Numbered from the stretch's first letter, positions 48,662 through 63,130 are shown. The stretch: 64,000 bases of DNA from Octopus sinensis (GCF_006345805.1 NW_021835958.1:124001-188000); one strand, 5' to 3'. Program-made: numbers and translations. Notes: a model not told the origin generated them from the letters alone.

Positions 48662-51514
48662 CGGATTAGCACACTAGTAAGAGGGCTTTGACGGGAGCCA
48701 TCATCAACAACAATGGTGGTTTGCCCTCAAGAGAGCAGTAAAAGCAGAAGCGATTAGGTACACAGCAAAGCACTAGCCATAGATAGAAATAGAGTAGAGG
48801 GTGAGCTAGTTAAGAAGCTAGAAGAGGCAATTAGAAGCGGCATCGCATCCGACGTTTTGGCGGCGAGGTTGGCCCTCGACCAACACTTCAACGCCAAACA
48901 CGAAGGATGTGCTGTCAGAGCTAGGATGCGTGCTCTAAGGAACGAAGGTGTTGGAGCCGCGAGAGAGGCCCGGGTGCAGAGGCGCAACAGGGCAACAAAG
49001 CCACCATTCGGTCACTGGTAGATGAACAGGGGCGCGAATTGCTCGAGCAAAGTAAAATGTGTGAGGCCTTTCAGCAGCATTTTGCCCGACTGTTCGGAAC
49101 GAGTGGAGGGCAAGAACGTAGGGTGGACTTCAGTGCCTACCTACATAGCCTACCACGACTCTCGACAAGAAGGGCAGGGTGCTGCGAAGGTGCCATCACG
49201 GCGGCGGAAGTGCGGGAAGCGATGGCAGAATGCTCGAGGACAAATCACCGGGTTTGGATGGTCTACCCTACGAGCTTTACAATTGTATGCCAGACTTGTT
49301 TGGAGATCTCTTGGCGGCGGTGTACTGCAACTGGCAGCAAAACGGGAGCATTCCTGGTTTTGTGAGCCGAGGAGCCGTAACACTGCTGAAGAAAGATCTA
49401 AACAAGGGAAATGTAATAGATAACTTTAGGCCCACCACTCTGCTTAATGCAGACTTGAAAATTTTGGCCAAGGTGCTAGCCAAGAGGTTGGCGCTTGTCA
49501 TCGAGAAACTGGTCGACAAGGCGCAAACATGCGCCGTGCCAGGCCGGACCATCCATGACAACCTCCATCTGATGCGTTACATCATAGACAGGGTAGTTAA
49601 CGAACCTGGCATGGGTGGGGCCCTGATCAACTTGGATCAATCGAAAGCCTTTGATAGGGTAGACCATCGATACTTGGAGGCAGTCCTGAGAGCGGCTGGT
49701 TTCGGTCCCGTCTTCCGCGGCTGGATAGCTGCCTTGTACAGAGGCATCCGTTCGGTAATTCGCGTAAATGGACATCTATCGAGACCTTTCGACATTGCAC
49801 GTTCGGTCCGTCAGGGATGCCCCCTCTCGGCGCTTCTATACGTATTGACTCTTGAGCCACTACTGCGGAAGCTGGCGACTCTAAGGGGCATCCCGCGAGA
49901 ATTGGGATGCGGGACGAGCGTGTCTGCATACGCGGACGACGTCACCGTCATAGTGTCTAGCCACGAGCACATCGAGCTGGTCGGCGAGACACTGAAAAAC
50001 TACGAAGCGGTGACAGGAGCGAAAATCAACCGGGAAAAGTCAGTGGGCTTGCGACTAGGCACCTGGAGAAGCAAGCCCATGCCGTCCACCAGCGCCTCCG
50101 TCGTGGGACGCTGGACCGACGGCCCGGTTGAGTTGCTCGGGGTCTGGTTTGGTCCGGACCTCCAAGTGGAGAAGAACTGGAACGAGATAACGAGTAGGGT
50201 GGTCACTCTCTCGCCCGGCAATGGGCCGAGAGGAAACTGTCCCTAAAAGGTCGAGCGGAGGTGGCGAACACGTACATCGCGTCCGTCATCTACTACCGCC
50301 TGACCGTCGTACCTTGTCCCGACCCTACCATCACCAAACTACAACGCATCCTCTTTCGCTTCTTGTGGAAAGGATGCGTCCCGATGGTCAGGCGATCCAT
50401 TTGCTGTCAACACCCGTTAAAAGGAGGGCTGGGCATGCCGTGGTTGATGATGCGCAGACACGCGCTGAGACTGCGACATCTCTGGCTCTATGTAGACGAC
50501 GGTGAACAGGTGTGGTCGCCGTTTGTGAGGCACGCTTTCCCGCAGCTCGTCTCCATGACCGAACTGCAGTCGTGGATCAAAAAGAGGCCGAGGAAGGGCG
50601 AATGGCACCGCGAGTGTCGCGTTGCTCTCAAGCAACTCTGCCGTCCTGGGTCGACCTTAAGTGACTTCAAAGCATTCTATAGGGGTTTAGTGGAGGGGAG
50701 GTACGACGACGAGCTCGGGGCGAACCTGGACGTCGACGAAGAGTACCTGACCCGCCTGTTCGGGACGACTTTCGGGCCAGGGCCCATGGACAACTTCCAG
50801 AGATCCCTGGCCTGGCAGTGCTACCGAGAAGCGCTACCCGTTCGGGATAAGCTCTACAGACACGGCTCGAGAACACGGGGCCGACCTGCCCGAGATGCGG
50901 TCAGAGCGACGAAACCGTTCTGCACGCACTCGTTCAGTGTCCAACAATTTCCGACCTGTGGGCTTATGTCGAACAACTGCTGTCACGTGTTGGACGAGTC
51001 GGTTTATCAGCTGAGTCTATCGTCAATATTGTCACGCCTCCTTCCTTCAAACGGGAAGGAAGAGCTATTTTCATCATCCTTGTGGCTATGGCGAAAGAAT
51101 GTATCTGGTGGACGCGTCTGAAAGGATTGGAGACAACACACTTTCCTCTCTGGTCAATCTCTCATCAACTTCTTCAAGTACCACTTGAAAGGAAAGTGAG
51201 AGTAGAGAGGCAAGTTTTGTCTAGCGAATGTTTTAAAAAAAGATGGGTGAATGTAGCAAGAATGGCACGTATGAATGACGAAGCGACCTTGAGCATAGTC
51301 CTATGAACCCAGAAATCGAAAACAGAGAGTTGCTTATTTGCAAAAAAAAAAAAAAAAAAAGAAATATAAAATGTGACTTCATTGACCGAGGTTACCGTGG
51401 TCTTTTCCGTAGGCTTTTCTTTCCACGGGTAAACCTCACCTGTCCTCCCCTTTACACTTCATATTGACATTTCTGTGATAACGATCCCTATTGATCAATT
51501 TTTTTTCCTCTCCC

Positions 51515-51547
<33 letters not shown>

Positions 51548-51705
51548 CCCCCTTTCTTTTGTCCTCTTTCTCTCCTTTTACGATCCCTTTTGATCGAAAC
51601 TCCCCCTTCCTTTTTTTTTTTTTTTTTTTTTAAACCTTCAAAAGAAAAGCTCTACCTTGTAATTTGTTCTATCTGTGTGCAGCCCTGTGTGGCTAATAAA
51701 GAAAC
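48662..51705 (+). mobile_element. L1/Tx1-type LINE copy 3, best preserved, embedded in (TATC)n
   Basis: 355-aa RT ORF 49179-50246 (FRPTTLLNADLK, LDQSKAFDRVDH, SVRQGCPLS, AYADDV); a few frameshifts; ends AATAAAGAAAC|ATATCTATC. Confidence 0.95.
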
Positions 51706-51706
51706 A

Positions 51707-51748
<42 letters not shown>

Positions 51749-51756
51749 CCTATCTT

Positions 51757-51800
<44 letters not shown>

Positions 51801-51808
51801 CCTATCTT

Positions 51809-51848
<40 letters not shown>

Positions 51849-51884
51849 CCTATCTATCTCTATCATCTATCTATCTATCTATCT

Positions 51885-51945
<61 letters not shown>
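51706..51945 (+). repeat. (TATC)n microsatellite directly 3' of Tx1 copy 3
   Basis: Direct reading. Confidence 0.95.
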
Positions 51946-51980
<35 letters not shown>

Positions 51981-52367
51981 CATCATCTGCGTGTCTGTCT
52001 GCCTGTGTGTCTGTCTGTCTGTCTATATCTGTGCGTGTGTGTGTATGTGTGTGTGTGTCTATCTGTCTGTGTGTGGGCATTACGTGCTTTAATGTTTCAA
52101 TGTATGCGACTATGTGTTACATATGCATACACTCACGCACACATGTATGAGTGTGTGAAAACACAAATACAAACACACACACGCGCCCACATGTATACTT
52201 ATTTATGCATATGTAAAAATGTATACACACACATATATAAATATATACTGACATACATGCACACGTGTATATACATACATACATGCATACATACATGAAT
52301 ACATACATACATACATACATGCATGCATGCATGCATGCATACATACATACATACATACATACATACA

Positions 52368-52400
<33 letters not shown>

Positions 52401-52580
52401 TGAGTGAGAGGAAAACGGAGAGGTTGAGGGAGGGAAATGGTACAGAGAGTGCATAGTGTGTGGAAAAGAATTCTAAATTTATCTTTATACGCAAAGTATC
52501 AATTTATTGTAAATATGCACACTGTAATAAGGCCATTGTATAATGAACACAAGAACTGCTCAGCACAATAGATACATTTG

Positions 52581-52626
52581 CTATACTTGACAAGTCGGTA
52601 ATAATCGATCGAAACTAGTCGAATAG
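52581..52626 (+). ncRNA. Degenerate minimal hammerhead motif, U3-A8 variant, GUC site
   Basis: CTATAC-TTGACAA-GTCGGTAATAATCGATC-GAA-ACTAGT-C-GAATAG; one mismatch in stem I, one bulge in stem II. Confidence 0.45.
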
Positions 52627-52777
52627 TTCTCGGGGTAATTTTGTAGAGATAGCCATATACAATGGTGTCAGTTTACAGAGTATGGCAGCAATATATTTAT
52701 CATACATACGTATACGACTTTATTCACTACACACACATATATCTTACACATTTATTACTATGATATATATATATGTA

Positions 52778-52808
<31 letters not shown>

Positions 52809-52851
52809 ATGTATGTATGTATGTATGTATGTATGTATGTATGTATGTATG

Positions 52852-52885
<34 letters not shown>

Positions 52886-53390
52886 GTGTGTGTGTGTGTG
52901 TGTTGTATATATATATATATATATATATGAGTTCAGGATTCGAGTGGATCAGGTACCTAAACAGTAAAGTTTGGTTCAAAATTAGAGGAACATATATGTA
53001 GATTCCGAAATACAGACGGATTAATATTATTCCAGTTGCATATAAGATCACAATCATCCGACTGAATATGACACGAATCCCAAGGTTGCACCTGGGAACA
53101 CACTGCACCAGTTGCCCTACACTTAATAGACTCAAGATCGGCGCTAATTGCACTTTCCGAGTAAGGTGGGTAACAACCAAACAGCAACAGATAGAAATCG
53201 GTTCATTCACTCCAGTAGTTTCAAACGAGTTGATTTTATTGATCAATAGAGTTATTACATCGTGCGAAAAAAACCGTTTTCATCAGGTGTATATACACGA
53301 ATTAAGCGTTAAAAAAAATATTCCAAGAATCAACATTATGTGCCAGTTCATGATTCCTAGTTAGCTTCTGCCAATGATTCTGTTGTTATT

Positions 53391-54354
53391 TGTTATATAT
53401 TGTAGCAATATTGCTATCTTCATTGCTATCTTCACTGTTTGAGAAGAACATTAGGAATGATCTCGTTTGAGATTACAAACATTTTTGGCTAGTTTAACCT
53501 TGTTGTGTCCACTGATCTGATTGGTTAGCATCTAAGCGCGGTCTGTCTCTCTACTTATTTCGCGCCAGTGTGTAAACTGACCAATCACGGCTTTAGGATA
53601 GGACCTTTTATTTGAGCCATCTTAACTCCATAAATAGGCTGATTATTTCATGATTCACCGTCTTTCGGCTTAAAACCTTCTAAGACCACACAGCTTACTC
53701 AACCACCGTCTTTCGGCTTAAGATCTTTTAAGGTCTTGGTCGGAGACCACACAAAGCTTACTCAACCATGTTCCAGTTCGAAAGGCAGACGACATCCAAG
53801 TCAACCACAATATGAAGACGCTATTCTAAACCAGCGACAGACAGAACGTCATCACCAGCATCGTCTCTATCTACGAAGATTTCAACTTGTACACAAGATA
53901 AATATAGATTCAACTCATGCTGTTAGTGTGAAAACGTCACCACGGAAAAACAGTTGCAGTATATATATCTGAAAGAATATCTATATCAAGAGAAAAATAT
54001 GCGCAACAAGTGATTCAACTAATCTCCGCTCCGAGACTCAAATCTTGTTATAGAACTCATTATCGTGTACTATATGAACTGGTAAAATAATTCTAAAATA
54101 ACTCCATTTTAACTCAAATTGTTGAGACTTTTCTTATGCTCTGTTGTATTCGCATGCACCTTATTCTGTACTTTTGTCGCACACACGAACACACAGACAC
54201 ATATATTATAAGCATGCATTCATGACACAACACTACGCTAATAATCACAAATCACTTTGTACACTGTGAATAAAATCTATCTTCTCTTTATAAAAGTAGA
54301 ACGGTTTCTGGCGTCCTTTAATCATTTACTTTGGCACTGTATATAAACATGACA
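53391..54354 (+). mobile_element. Possible solo LTR
   Basis: TGTTA...TGACA ends, paired ATTGG/CCAAT boxes, CATAAATA, internal ~50-bp direct repeat, AATAAA near the end; no TSD found. Confidence 0.3.
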
Positions 54355-54452
54355 TATGGCTTATAACAATATGTTATGTTAGGATGCGGCCGTGCGCTGT
54401 ACAAGTGGAGAAATATGTCACCAAACTCCTCACGTACGGTCGTATTCTAACA

Positions 54453-54538
<86 letters not shown>

Positions 54539-54982
54539 TGTGTTTGTGTATTTTCCTCCACCACCGGTTGACAACCTCTGTTAGTGAGTTTATGTCTCTG
54601 CAATCAAGCATTGCGGCAAAAGGGGCCGATAGAACAAGAACCAGGCTTTGAACAAGTAAGTACTGGGTCCATTTGTTCGGCTGATATTCTTAAGAGAGAT
54701 GCCCCTGCCTGGTCACAGTATAATGACTGAATCATTTAAAAGATAACAGATACACACATATACACGTACGGTGAGTGTGTTAAATTATAAGGCACAAAAA
54801 GAAAATTACTCTCCCCAGACACAACAGAATATGCTTCAAAACACGAACTCATATAAAGAATCTTGCAAGCCAAATCCCAAAATGAAATATGTATATACAT
54901 ATATATATTTCGTTTTACCGGTGAGTGTGTTAGATTATAAAGCAAAAAAAAAAAAAGAAAATGACTTTCCCCAGACACAACA

Positions 54983-55029
<47 letters not shown>

Positions 55030-55030
<1 letters not shown>

Positions 55031-58027
55031 TAGCAAATTCACCCGTCTTTTGGATGGTGTAATTTATTATAATGGTGTTCTCCTGTGGACGGTTTAAGTT
55101 GAATTAGTCTGCAGTTAGAAGTCGTTGATAAACGTAAAATGTATTATTACCATTTTCGTTAGTAGTTTATGAGATGGTATTAAGGAACTTAGGGATTGAA
55201 TACATTTTTTGAATACAAATTTGGCAGTTAGTAATAAATGAAAGTCCATGAAATATGATCGCAATTGCAGTAGGCATTAGAGATCCTATATTTTGCTTGA
55301 AGTGTTTTGTATCATATACTTATTTTTCTCGTAATGCCTGACAAAACCGCGTTGAAGCTTTTTTCAATGAAAGTCATGTGTGATAAAGAAAAGCAAACAT
55401 TTATAGCAAACACACAAATAGAATAATGGCCTATATAAAAATGTCAGAGCATGCTTATGTGTGAACAGTGTGCGTGAAGTAAGAAGGGTCATTGAAGGCA
55501 ATGTACTGTTAACAGCAATCACGGAAATGGAGCAAAATATCAATGAAATGCTTGCAGGAAGTCTGATTGCTAATGGCAACAGTTTGGCGAAGACGTGAAG
55601 AATGCACTAGAGAAGTAACTACTGTAGGGCTGCTTTGTAGATGACATTTTTGTGTTCCTCCTTCAGGAGCATAAGTTGCCTGGATGGTCAGTTCTGGAAC
55701 AACCGAGGTAGAACTGTCCATGTGAAAATCACGATATTCGAAGGTCCAATCCGACAACTTTCAGCGACTGACCTTGTGCTTTGTTAATTGTCATGGAGAA
55801 GCTGAGTTTTAGAGGGAACTGCATTCTCTGCACAGGGTAGGGGCAGTCTGTTGGGGTTAGCGGAATTTTCGGAATGAAAACGGTATCGTTTTTGCCGTGT
55901 CCCGTGATAATTTGGGCTTCAATGACGTGGTCCATCATTTGTTTGACCACTAGGCGAGTTCCATTGCATAGTATGGGCGCATTTAGATTTCGTAGGAGGA
56001 TGACAGGGCAACCGACTTTTAAGTGAAGTTCATGGGGAGGGAGTCCTGGAGGATCTTGGGAGTTGAGAAATTCTGTTGGAAAGTGTGTAACCTGATCGAG
56101 GCCAGTAACCTTGTCAACTGATCTATAACAACGTTCTTGAGAAGGAAGCTGACTGAGTAAGTCGTAGTTAAGAGTTTCGACAGCTGCATTTGTAGGTGCA
56201 AGAACAACCCTGTTGCGAAGCCAACCTGGTTTTGTGTATTCCGTTATAAGATTTGGGTAAACGGCAAAACAAATCATCAGAGATGTATTCACCTTGGCCA
56301 ATGGTGGTAGTGTCAACGTATCTGTTGTCATCGGACGTAAATTTGACCATTGCCAATTTTAAGGAGCATTTCTGAAAACTGGGTTGTAGAATAGGCCATT
56401 ATTCTACAACCCAGTTTTCAGAAATGCTCCTTAAAATTGGCAATGGTCAAATTTACGTCCGATGACAACAGATACGTTGACACTACCACCATTGGCCAAG
56501 GTGAATACATCTCTGATGATTTGTTTTGCCGTTTACCCAAATCTTATAACGGAATACACAAAACCAGGATTGACCTCATGTTGATGGTGAGTTGTTTCAA
56601 TGGGCATGCAATCAAAGAAGAGATTTTTTTTAAAGCAGGCATTAAGTTCAGCACCGAGTGTACCTTTGGGTATAATAGGCATAGTTTGTCGAAAATCTCC
56701 TGCAAGAAGTAGAGTCGCACCTTCAAGGATGTTGTTGTTGGCTCTAAAGTCTCTCATTGTGGTATGAAGTGCTTGTAGGGAACATTTATAGGACATAGTT
56801 ACTTCATCCCAAACAATGAGTTTGTACTTATTCAAAATTGTCGCTTCGTCCGAGGAATGTATTATGTGGCACGTTAGGTTTTCTTGATGTGCTACATTGA
56901 AAGGCAATTTGAAGGTAGAGTGTGCTGTGCGTCCACCGTCGAGAACAGTCGAGGCTATTCCTGGGGAGGCAACAGCAATAGCAAAGTCACCATTATGCTT
57001 CAACTTCGCAAGAAGAAGATTCAGGAGGAATGTTTTCCCAGTCCCAACGGGTGCGTTTAAGAAGATGATTCCGCCAGTGCGTGTGTTGATGTTTCCGAGG
57101 ACGAAATTGTATACGTCAGCTTGATCGGAATTCAGAAGCGGCTCGTTGTCAGCAATGTATTGTTTGAGTTTGTGGATGTTATAGAATGTTTCTCTGAGAA
57201 TGAGGCGATTGGGACAGACGTCTTCATTTCTGTCTGGACTGTTGAGAGAATAAGCGTCTAATCGTTGACCTCCAGTTGCCATAACTAAGTCTTCCAAGAA
57301 AAGAAGCCTTCGGTTGTAAATGGCAACGGAGTGTCAACCCTACTTGTGATTTGGCGAGTCTGGAATAAATACAAAGAGTCAATGTGCCATGATATTTCGC
57401 TGCAAAGTGAATGTGCATCTGTCAGGTTGCGGAAAACCAGCATTATTGCAAAACGGTGTCGGAGCTTGTTCAGAGGACGACACAGAAAGGCCACTTCGAG
57501 TGCATTATCATATGTGCAGTATCACATTGCTCTGTAACCAAAAGTTCCCTTTTGGAGCAAGCGTCTTCGAAAGTGCCGCATAAGTGGTCGTCTACCGTGC
57601 AAAAGTCGTCGAAGGAGGTTGGTCCATTAATGACATGAAATAATAGCCGCAGATGTAAGCAGTCAGAGTTCAAGGGGTAAACTGTGTAGACGTGTCTGAT
57701 TGTGTTGTCTTTGTACACGGCTGAATCCATCCGCGTAGGCGGGCTTTGTTTTCGTCGTTTCCACTGGGCGACAATCATTTCTGAATGTTACTTCGCAAAG
57801 AGTTACCTCCCTTGTCCACAATAGTTACCTTACAAGGTTTTTCTGACCTTCTGACCTAGAATTCCCGTTACTTCATATTACTCCATAAGTGAAAAATCTT
57901 AAGAGTATAGAATCATCTGTGGAACATAAGTGATGTGTGTGCCAAGCATGAATGAAATCGGATGAAAAGTTGATTTTAAGTGGAATCAAGTAAATGGCCT
58001 GTCATACACACACGTCTTCTGTCTCAT
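55030..58027 (-). mobile_element. Decayed, internally deleted Helitron (end of Rep region plus PIF1 helicase) between (TA)n tracts
   Basis: LHLRLLFHVINGPTSF; FLNAPVGTGKT, GRTAHSTFKLP, IVWDEVTM, LLAGDFRQ, VVLAPTN, LLRNLN..LCNGTRL, QFPLKLSFSMTINKAQGQSL; CTAG 3' end at 55030-55033. Confidence 0.95.
56225..56568. repeat. Perfect 169-bp inverted duplication with 6-nt spacer inside the Helitron helicase
   Basis: 56225-56393 is the exact reverse complement of 56400-56568; spacer GGCCAT. Confidence 0.95.
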
Positions 58028-58104
<77 letters not shown>

Positions 58105-59599
58105 ATATATACATAAACATATACATATACGCTTACAAATTCCAAAATACTTGCAAGCTCACATATTCACATCAGAACACGTTCTTATACACGCACACGC
58201 AAGTATATACACTGTCACACATATGTGCTAGTAATAAATTCATAAAGTGCCACCACCACCACCACCACAAAACATCATCTCCTAGCAGACAGTGATAAAC
58301 ATATCATATAGCAATATCATTAACCTATGAGTATCTTCTATTCCTTTGTACTTTAACAATTCATTGCAATCATAGATTGTCTTTCCTTGTCAAATTTAAT
58401 ATCAACTTGGATTTTATTTTATGTAGCAGGGGCGGGTATATTATTCTTTTCTACTACTGGCTTAAGACCTGAATTTGAACTTAAAACTTAAAGATGGACG
58501 AAATGCCGTGAAGCATTTTGTTCAGCTTGCTAACAATTCGAGCACACCACCTTAGGAACCGGGTATAAGCATTGGAAATATTTAAGCAGATTGTTGACAA
58601 AATATTTTATTAAAAATAACTTAGCTAAAACCCGAGTATATAATTTGAAATAATTCTTTGTTGATGTTTAAATGCAGATTAGCCGGATTAAATAAACAGA
58701 TCAAATGCACTCTAGCCAATCATGACGATTCCTCTCTTTTCAAGGTATTTGGTGTTCCATAACAAACTGTATTATACAAAGTGTTTTCATTTTCTATACT
58801 CGTTGGGATTTGATTTTTTGACGCGTTTATCCGTTAATTCTCGCTTCATAAGGTCTAACATTAAAGCATGAGGATGACTTTCAAAAGTAAAACATAGAAT
58901 AAGGAAGTACAAGACTCTGATATTGCCGGCTGTTTTTCATCGACTTTGCTTTGAGTAGAAAGATGATTATATTATGTCTGCCATGATCATTGTATCTTAT
59001 TTTTTTTGTTTTGTGTTGTGATGAGCATGGTGCACATATTACTATATCTATCCAATATAGCCTACAGTTCTATACAGTTATAGTTAATCAATATCAGGTA
59101 GGTCCTTCAGCTGCATGGATGCTTCGTGGTGTATCCATAAGTAAATAAGTGGTAAGTATACGTGAGGCCAGATACTTGCTTCTGGAAACAGTCCAAACAT
59201 AGAAAAGGTAGCTAAGTTGCATCAACAATTCCGTTGACAAACGGCGCAAAAAGCTAATCAAAATGAATGAAAGACAAAGTTGACATTACGAGAGATTTAA
59301 AATCAGGAGAGAAGTCCTGAACAAATAAGACACTGTGAACAATTTTAATTCGTCCTCAAAAAGCTCTCAGCTAAAAAGTAGAAAAGAGAAATGCTGCAAA
59401 AGGCCAAGAAAAAGGATTCAAATCCTTAAGAGATGTCGTTGAATGGAATAAACGGAAACAGAAAACTAAGCTCAACTAATAAGGTTTGATAGCATATCAA
59501 TGATTTTTGCAGGGGCAAGATATTGTAGAAAGGTGTGGTCTTGCTTGGTATGAGGAAAGGAAATATGTCGTAATCTAAGTCTGTAGATTTTTATACATT

Positions 59600-59653
<54 letters not shown>

Positions 59654-59911
59654 ACACACACACACACATCTATAAGAATTTTTTTAAAAATCATAAGAAA
59701 AGGAAAAGAAAACACTGCTTTATTGCTATGACCATGTGTTGGATATGCACTATAACAACAACAGTATAAGGTTACACTATTGCACATAGCAGACCACAGA
59801 TGGAGAACACTTGGGGCAGGCGATGTGTTATATAATGGTGAGAACATAAATTACATCTATATTCATACATTCATGTGTGTGTGATGTCTGACTCTCTCTC
59901 CCCACTCGCTC

Positions 59912-59983
<72 letters not shown>

Positions 59984-60571
59984 TAAATGCATGTACACAC
60001 ACATACATACATGTACACACACACACACACATATATATATATACACACATTTACGTATGTACGTATAAGTATATATATATTACATATATGTTTATATTTT
60101 TGCATGTGTTTCTATCTATATTTATCTCTCTCTTTCTTTCTCTCTCTCTCACACACGCATATATATATACATACACAGACGGTCACACATACAGTATATA
60201 CATTTAGACATATTTATATAAATATATCAATTAATCACATCCATCCATTCATATAATATACACATGTGTAGAAAAAAGCACACACACGCACACATACTTA
60301 AAATTCAATATATCGTGTAGGTGTGGACGGATACATGGAAACTAAATAATGACAAATTAGGATAAACGGCGGTTAACAGAAATGAAAACAAGGGGAGAGA
60401 ACAGAGAGCTATCACGTGGAAATACCACCCACATCACCATCAATAGCAACAGCATTAGATATACTCAACACCGATATCATTATATCTTTACTAGAAAAAG
60501 ATAACATCCTGATCACTCCTATCGCAGTCACGCTGAAACAATAATACGTGTATATGAAGAAATAAGCATAC

Positions 60572-61012
60572 AGGCGCAGGAGTGGCTGTGTGGTAAGTAG
60601 CTTGCTAACCAACCACATGGTTCTGGGTTCAGTCCCACTGCGTGGCATCTTGGGCAAGTGTCTTCTGATATAGTCCCGGGCCGACCAATGCCTTGTGAGT
60701 GGATTTGGTAGACGGAAACTGAAAGAAGCCTGTCGTATATATGTATATATATATATATATATATAATATATGTATGTGTGTGTGCGTGTATGTTTCTGTG
60801 TCTGTGTTTGTCCCCCTAGCATTGCTTGACAACCGATGCTGGTGTGTTTGCGTCCCTGACACTTAGCGGTTCGGCAAAAGAGACCGATAGAATAAGTACT
60901 GGGCTTACAAAAGAATAAGTCCCAGGGTTGAGTTGCTCGACTAAAGGCGGTGCAGCAGCATGGCCGCAGTCAAATGACTGAAACAAGTAAAAGAGTAAAG
61001 AGAGTAAAGAGT
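60572..61012 (+). mobile_element. Full-length tRNA-derived octopus-type SINE
   Basis: AGGCGCAGGAGTGGCTGTGTGG A-box-like, GGTTCAGTCC B-box-like, internal (TA)/(TG) tract, (AAGAGTA)n tail. Confidence 0.9.
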
Positions 61013-61348
61013 ATACATACATATATATGTGTGTGTGTGTGTATACACACACACACGCGCGCACACACACGCGCACAACACACACACACACACATATATA
61101 TATATCTTGCCATCTACCTACCTATCTATCTATATATTAATAATATAAGGGTAAATAATTATTAATTTTAAAATCAGCAATTATTACCTAGTATTTTTCG
61201 GTATAGAAATATAACCATTATCGGTAGGAACTTTTACATGTGAGTTACATATATGTTATATGTGGAGTTATATTTGTAGAAAATAGAAATATGCGGTTGG
61301 TGACTGCTATTTCTAAATTTTCGGTATGTGGCTAAGCAACCTGTTGCT

Positions 61349-61429
<81 letters not shown>

Positions 61430-61559
61430 TACATACATACATACAACATACATACATACATACATACATACATACATACCATACACATGCATATCTCCAA
61501 CATATTTATCACACAATTGTCACACAACATATTTATCACAAGATTATAGCAATAAACAA

Positions 61560-63130
61560 GCAATTCGTCTCCATGAAGAGCTATGGAACTATCTATTTTA
61601 TTTGACGTAAAGAATAAATTTAGAAAATGAATTCTAAAACACAAAGCAAGAAAGAAGTTAAAAAGACATTTAGGACAAGTTGATAGATTGAGAAGAAAGG
61701 AATTGCAGAACGAAAGAATAGGAATAAGAATAATGCTGGGAAAGAACAGATAGAATAAGAGATATAAAGGTTATGATGTGATATTGGAAGAATTGAAATA
61801 AAAGAGTAGTAGCAACCAAAGCAAAACAGGAAAGATATGCTAACAGAAAAAGACAGTTCAGGCAAAACAGATTGTTTGATGAAGTAAATCAGAAGAAACT
61901 GCTTCAGGAACTAGATGGGCAAATACCCATAACAATGATACCAGATGCAGAGGAAAGCAAGGCATTCTGGAGAGGGATTTGGGACCAACCTGTAGAAGAA
62001 AATGATGAAGCGGAGTGGCTGCGTGGAATCCAAGATTGGAAGAGCCCAGGACCGGATGGAGGTCCAAGGTCATTAGATGAAGAGCCCGAGAGGGCTCCAT
62101 GAAAGGATAGCACAACAGCAAGATGAGTGCTTGCAGGAAGGCACAGTACTCAGGTGGATGACAAAGGGAAAGGCATTGTTATGTGCCAAGGACCCTAAAA
62201 AGGGAAATGTTGCATCCAACTTTAGACCAATAACGTGCCATCCGCTAATGTAGAAACTAATGTCAGCTGCTTTGGCCGGTGAACTGTACAGATATTGGGT
62301 AAAAAGTGAGCTGCTACCCACTGAAGAGAAAGGAGCCGGGGTGCGAAGGATCAGCTTTTAATTAATAATCTAATTATCAGGAACTGCAAGAGAAGGGATA
62401 CAAACCTGAGCATGGCATGGGTTGACTACTGCAAAGCATACGATATGATACCACACTCTTGAATAATAAGAACAATGGAAATGTATGGAGTAGCAGAGAA
62501 TATGAGAAGCCTTATATGGAATAGCATGAAATCCCGGAGAACGGAAACGACAGCAGGGAAGCAAGTACTAGGAGAGATGAAAATGATGGTAAAATGATGA
62601 AGACAATTCAACCTTAATCCAGTTATAAATACCTGGAACTACTTGAGGTAGATGGAATCAAACACGACCAGGTAGAAAAAGTGCTCCATGGGAAACTGTA
62701 CGAAAGTGGAGGCAAGAGAGAGGCTAGACGTGGTATGAGCACAAAGCGCAGAGAGTTGTGGAGTCGGAGACAAGCAAAATCCTCCGAGATTTCCCAATCT
62801 AAACAAATCAGGTGCTAGAGTATAACAGACCGGACTTGGTGCTGGACAACAAGGTGCACCACATATGCTATATGGTCGACGTTGAATGCTCCTTTACCCA
62901 CGAATAGTCAAGAAGGAAGGCGAAAAGATAGATAGATAGATACAGCCCTCTTAAGTGTGAATTAGTCCGGCTATGGAAAATGCCCAGTAGAACTGTTACA
63001 AAAGGTTTACCAGTTTGGCACGGCCAGAATAATCAGGAAAGTATTAGATTGCTGAAAATAGCGGATAGCATGGTACCGTAGGCTGCAGGTACCATAGGCC
63101 CGCTCCAACAAAACCTGTGATAAAAAGAAA
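61560..63130 (+). mobile_element. Internally deleted R4/Dong-type LINE
   Basis: [60 protein letters not shown]; TAA-like 3' flank. Confidence 0.85.

Noticed and set aside
60572-60660. tRNA-like sequences in SINE heads
   Set aside because: No complete cloverleaf; they continue into SINE bodies, so no tRNA gene is called. No rRNA or CRISPR array was seen in the window
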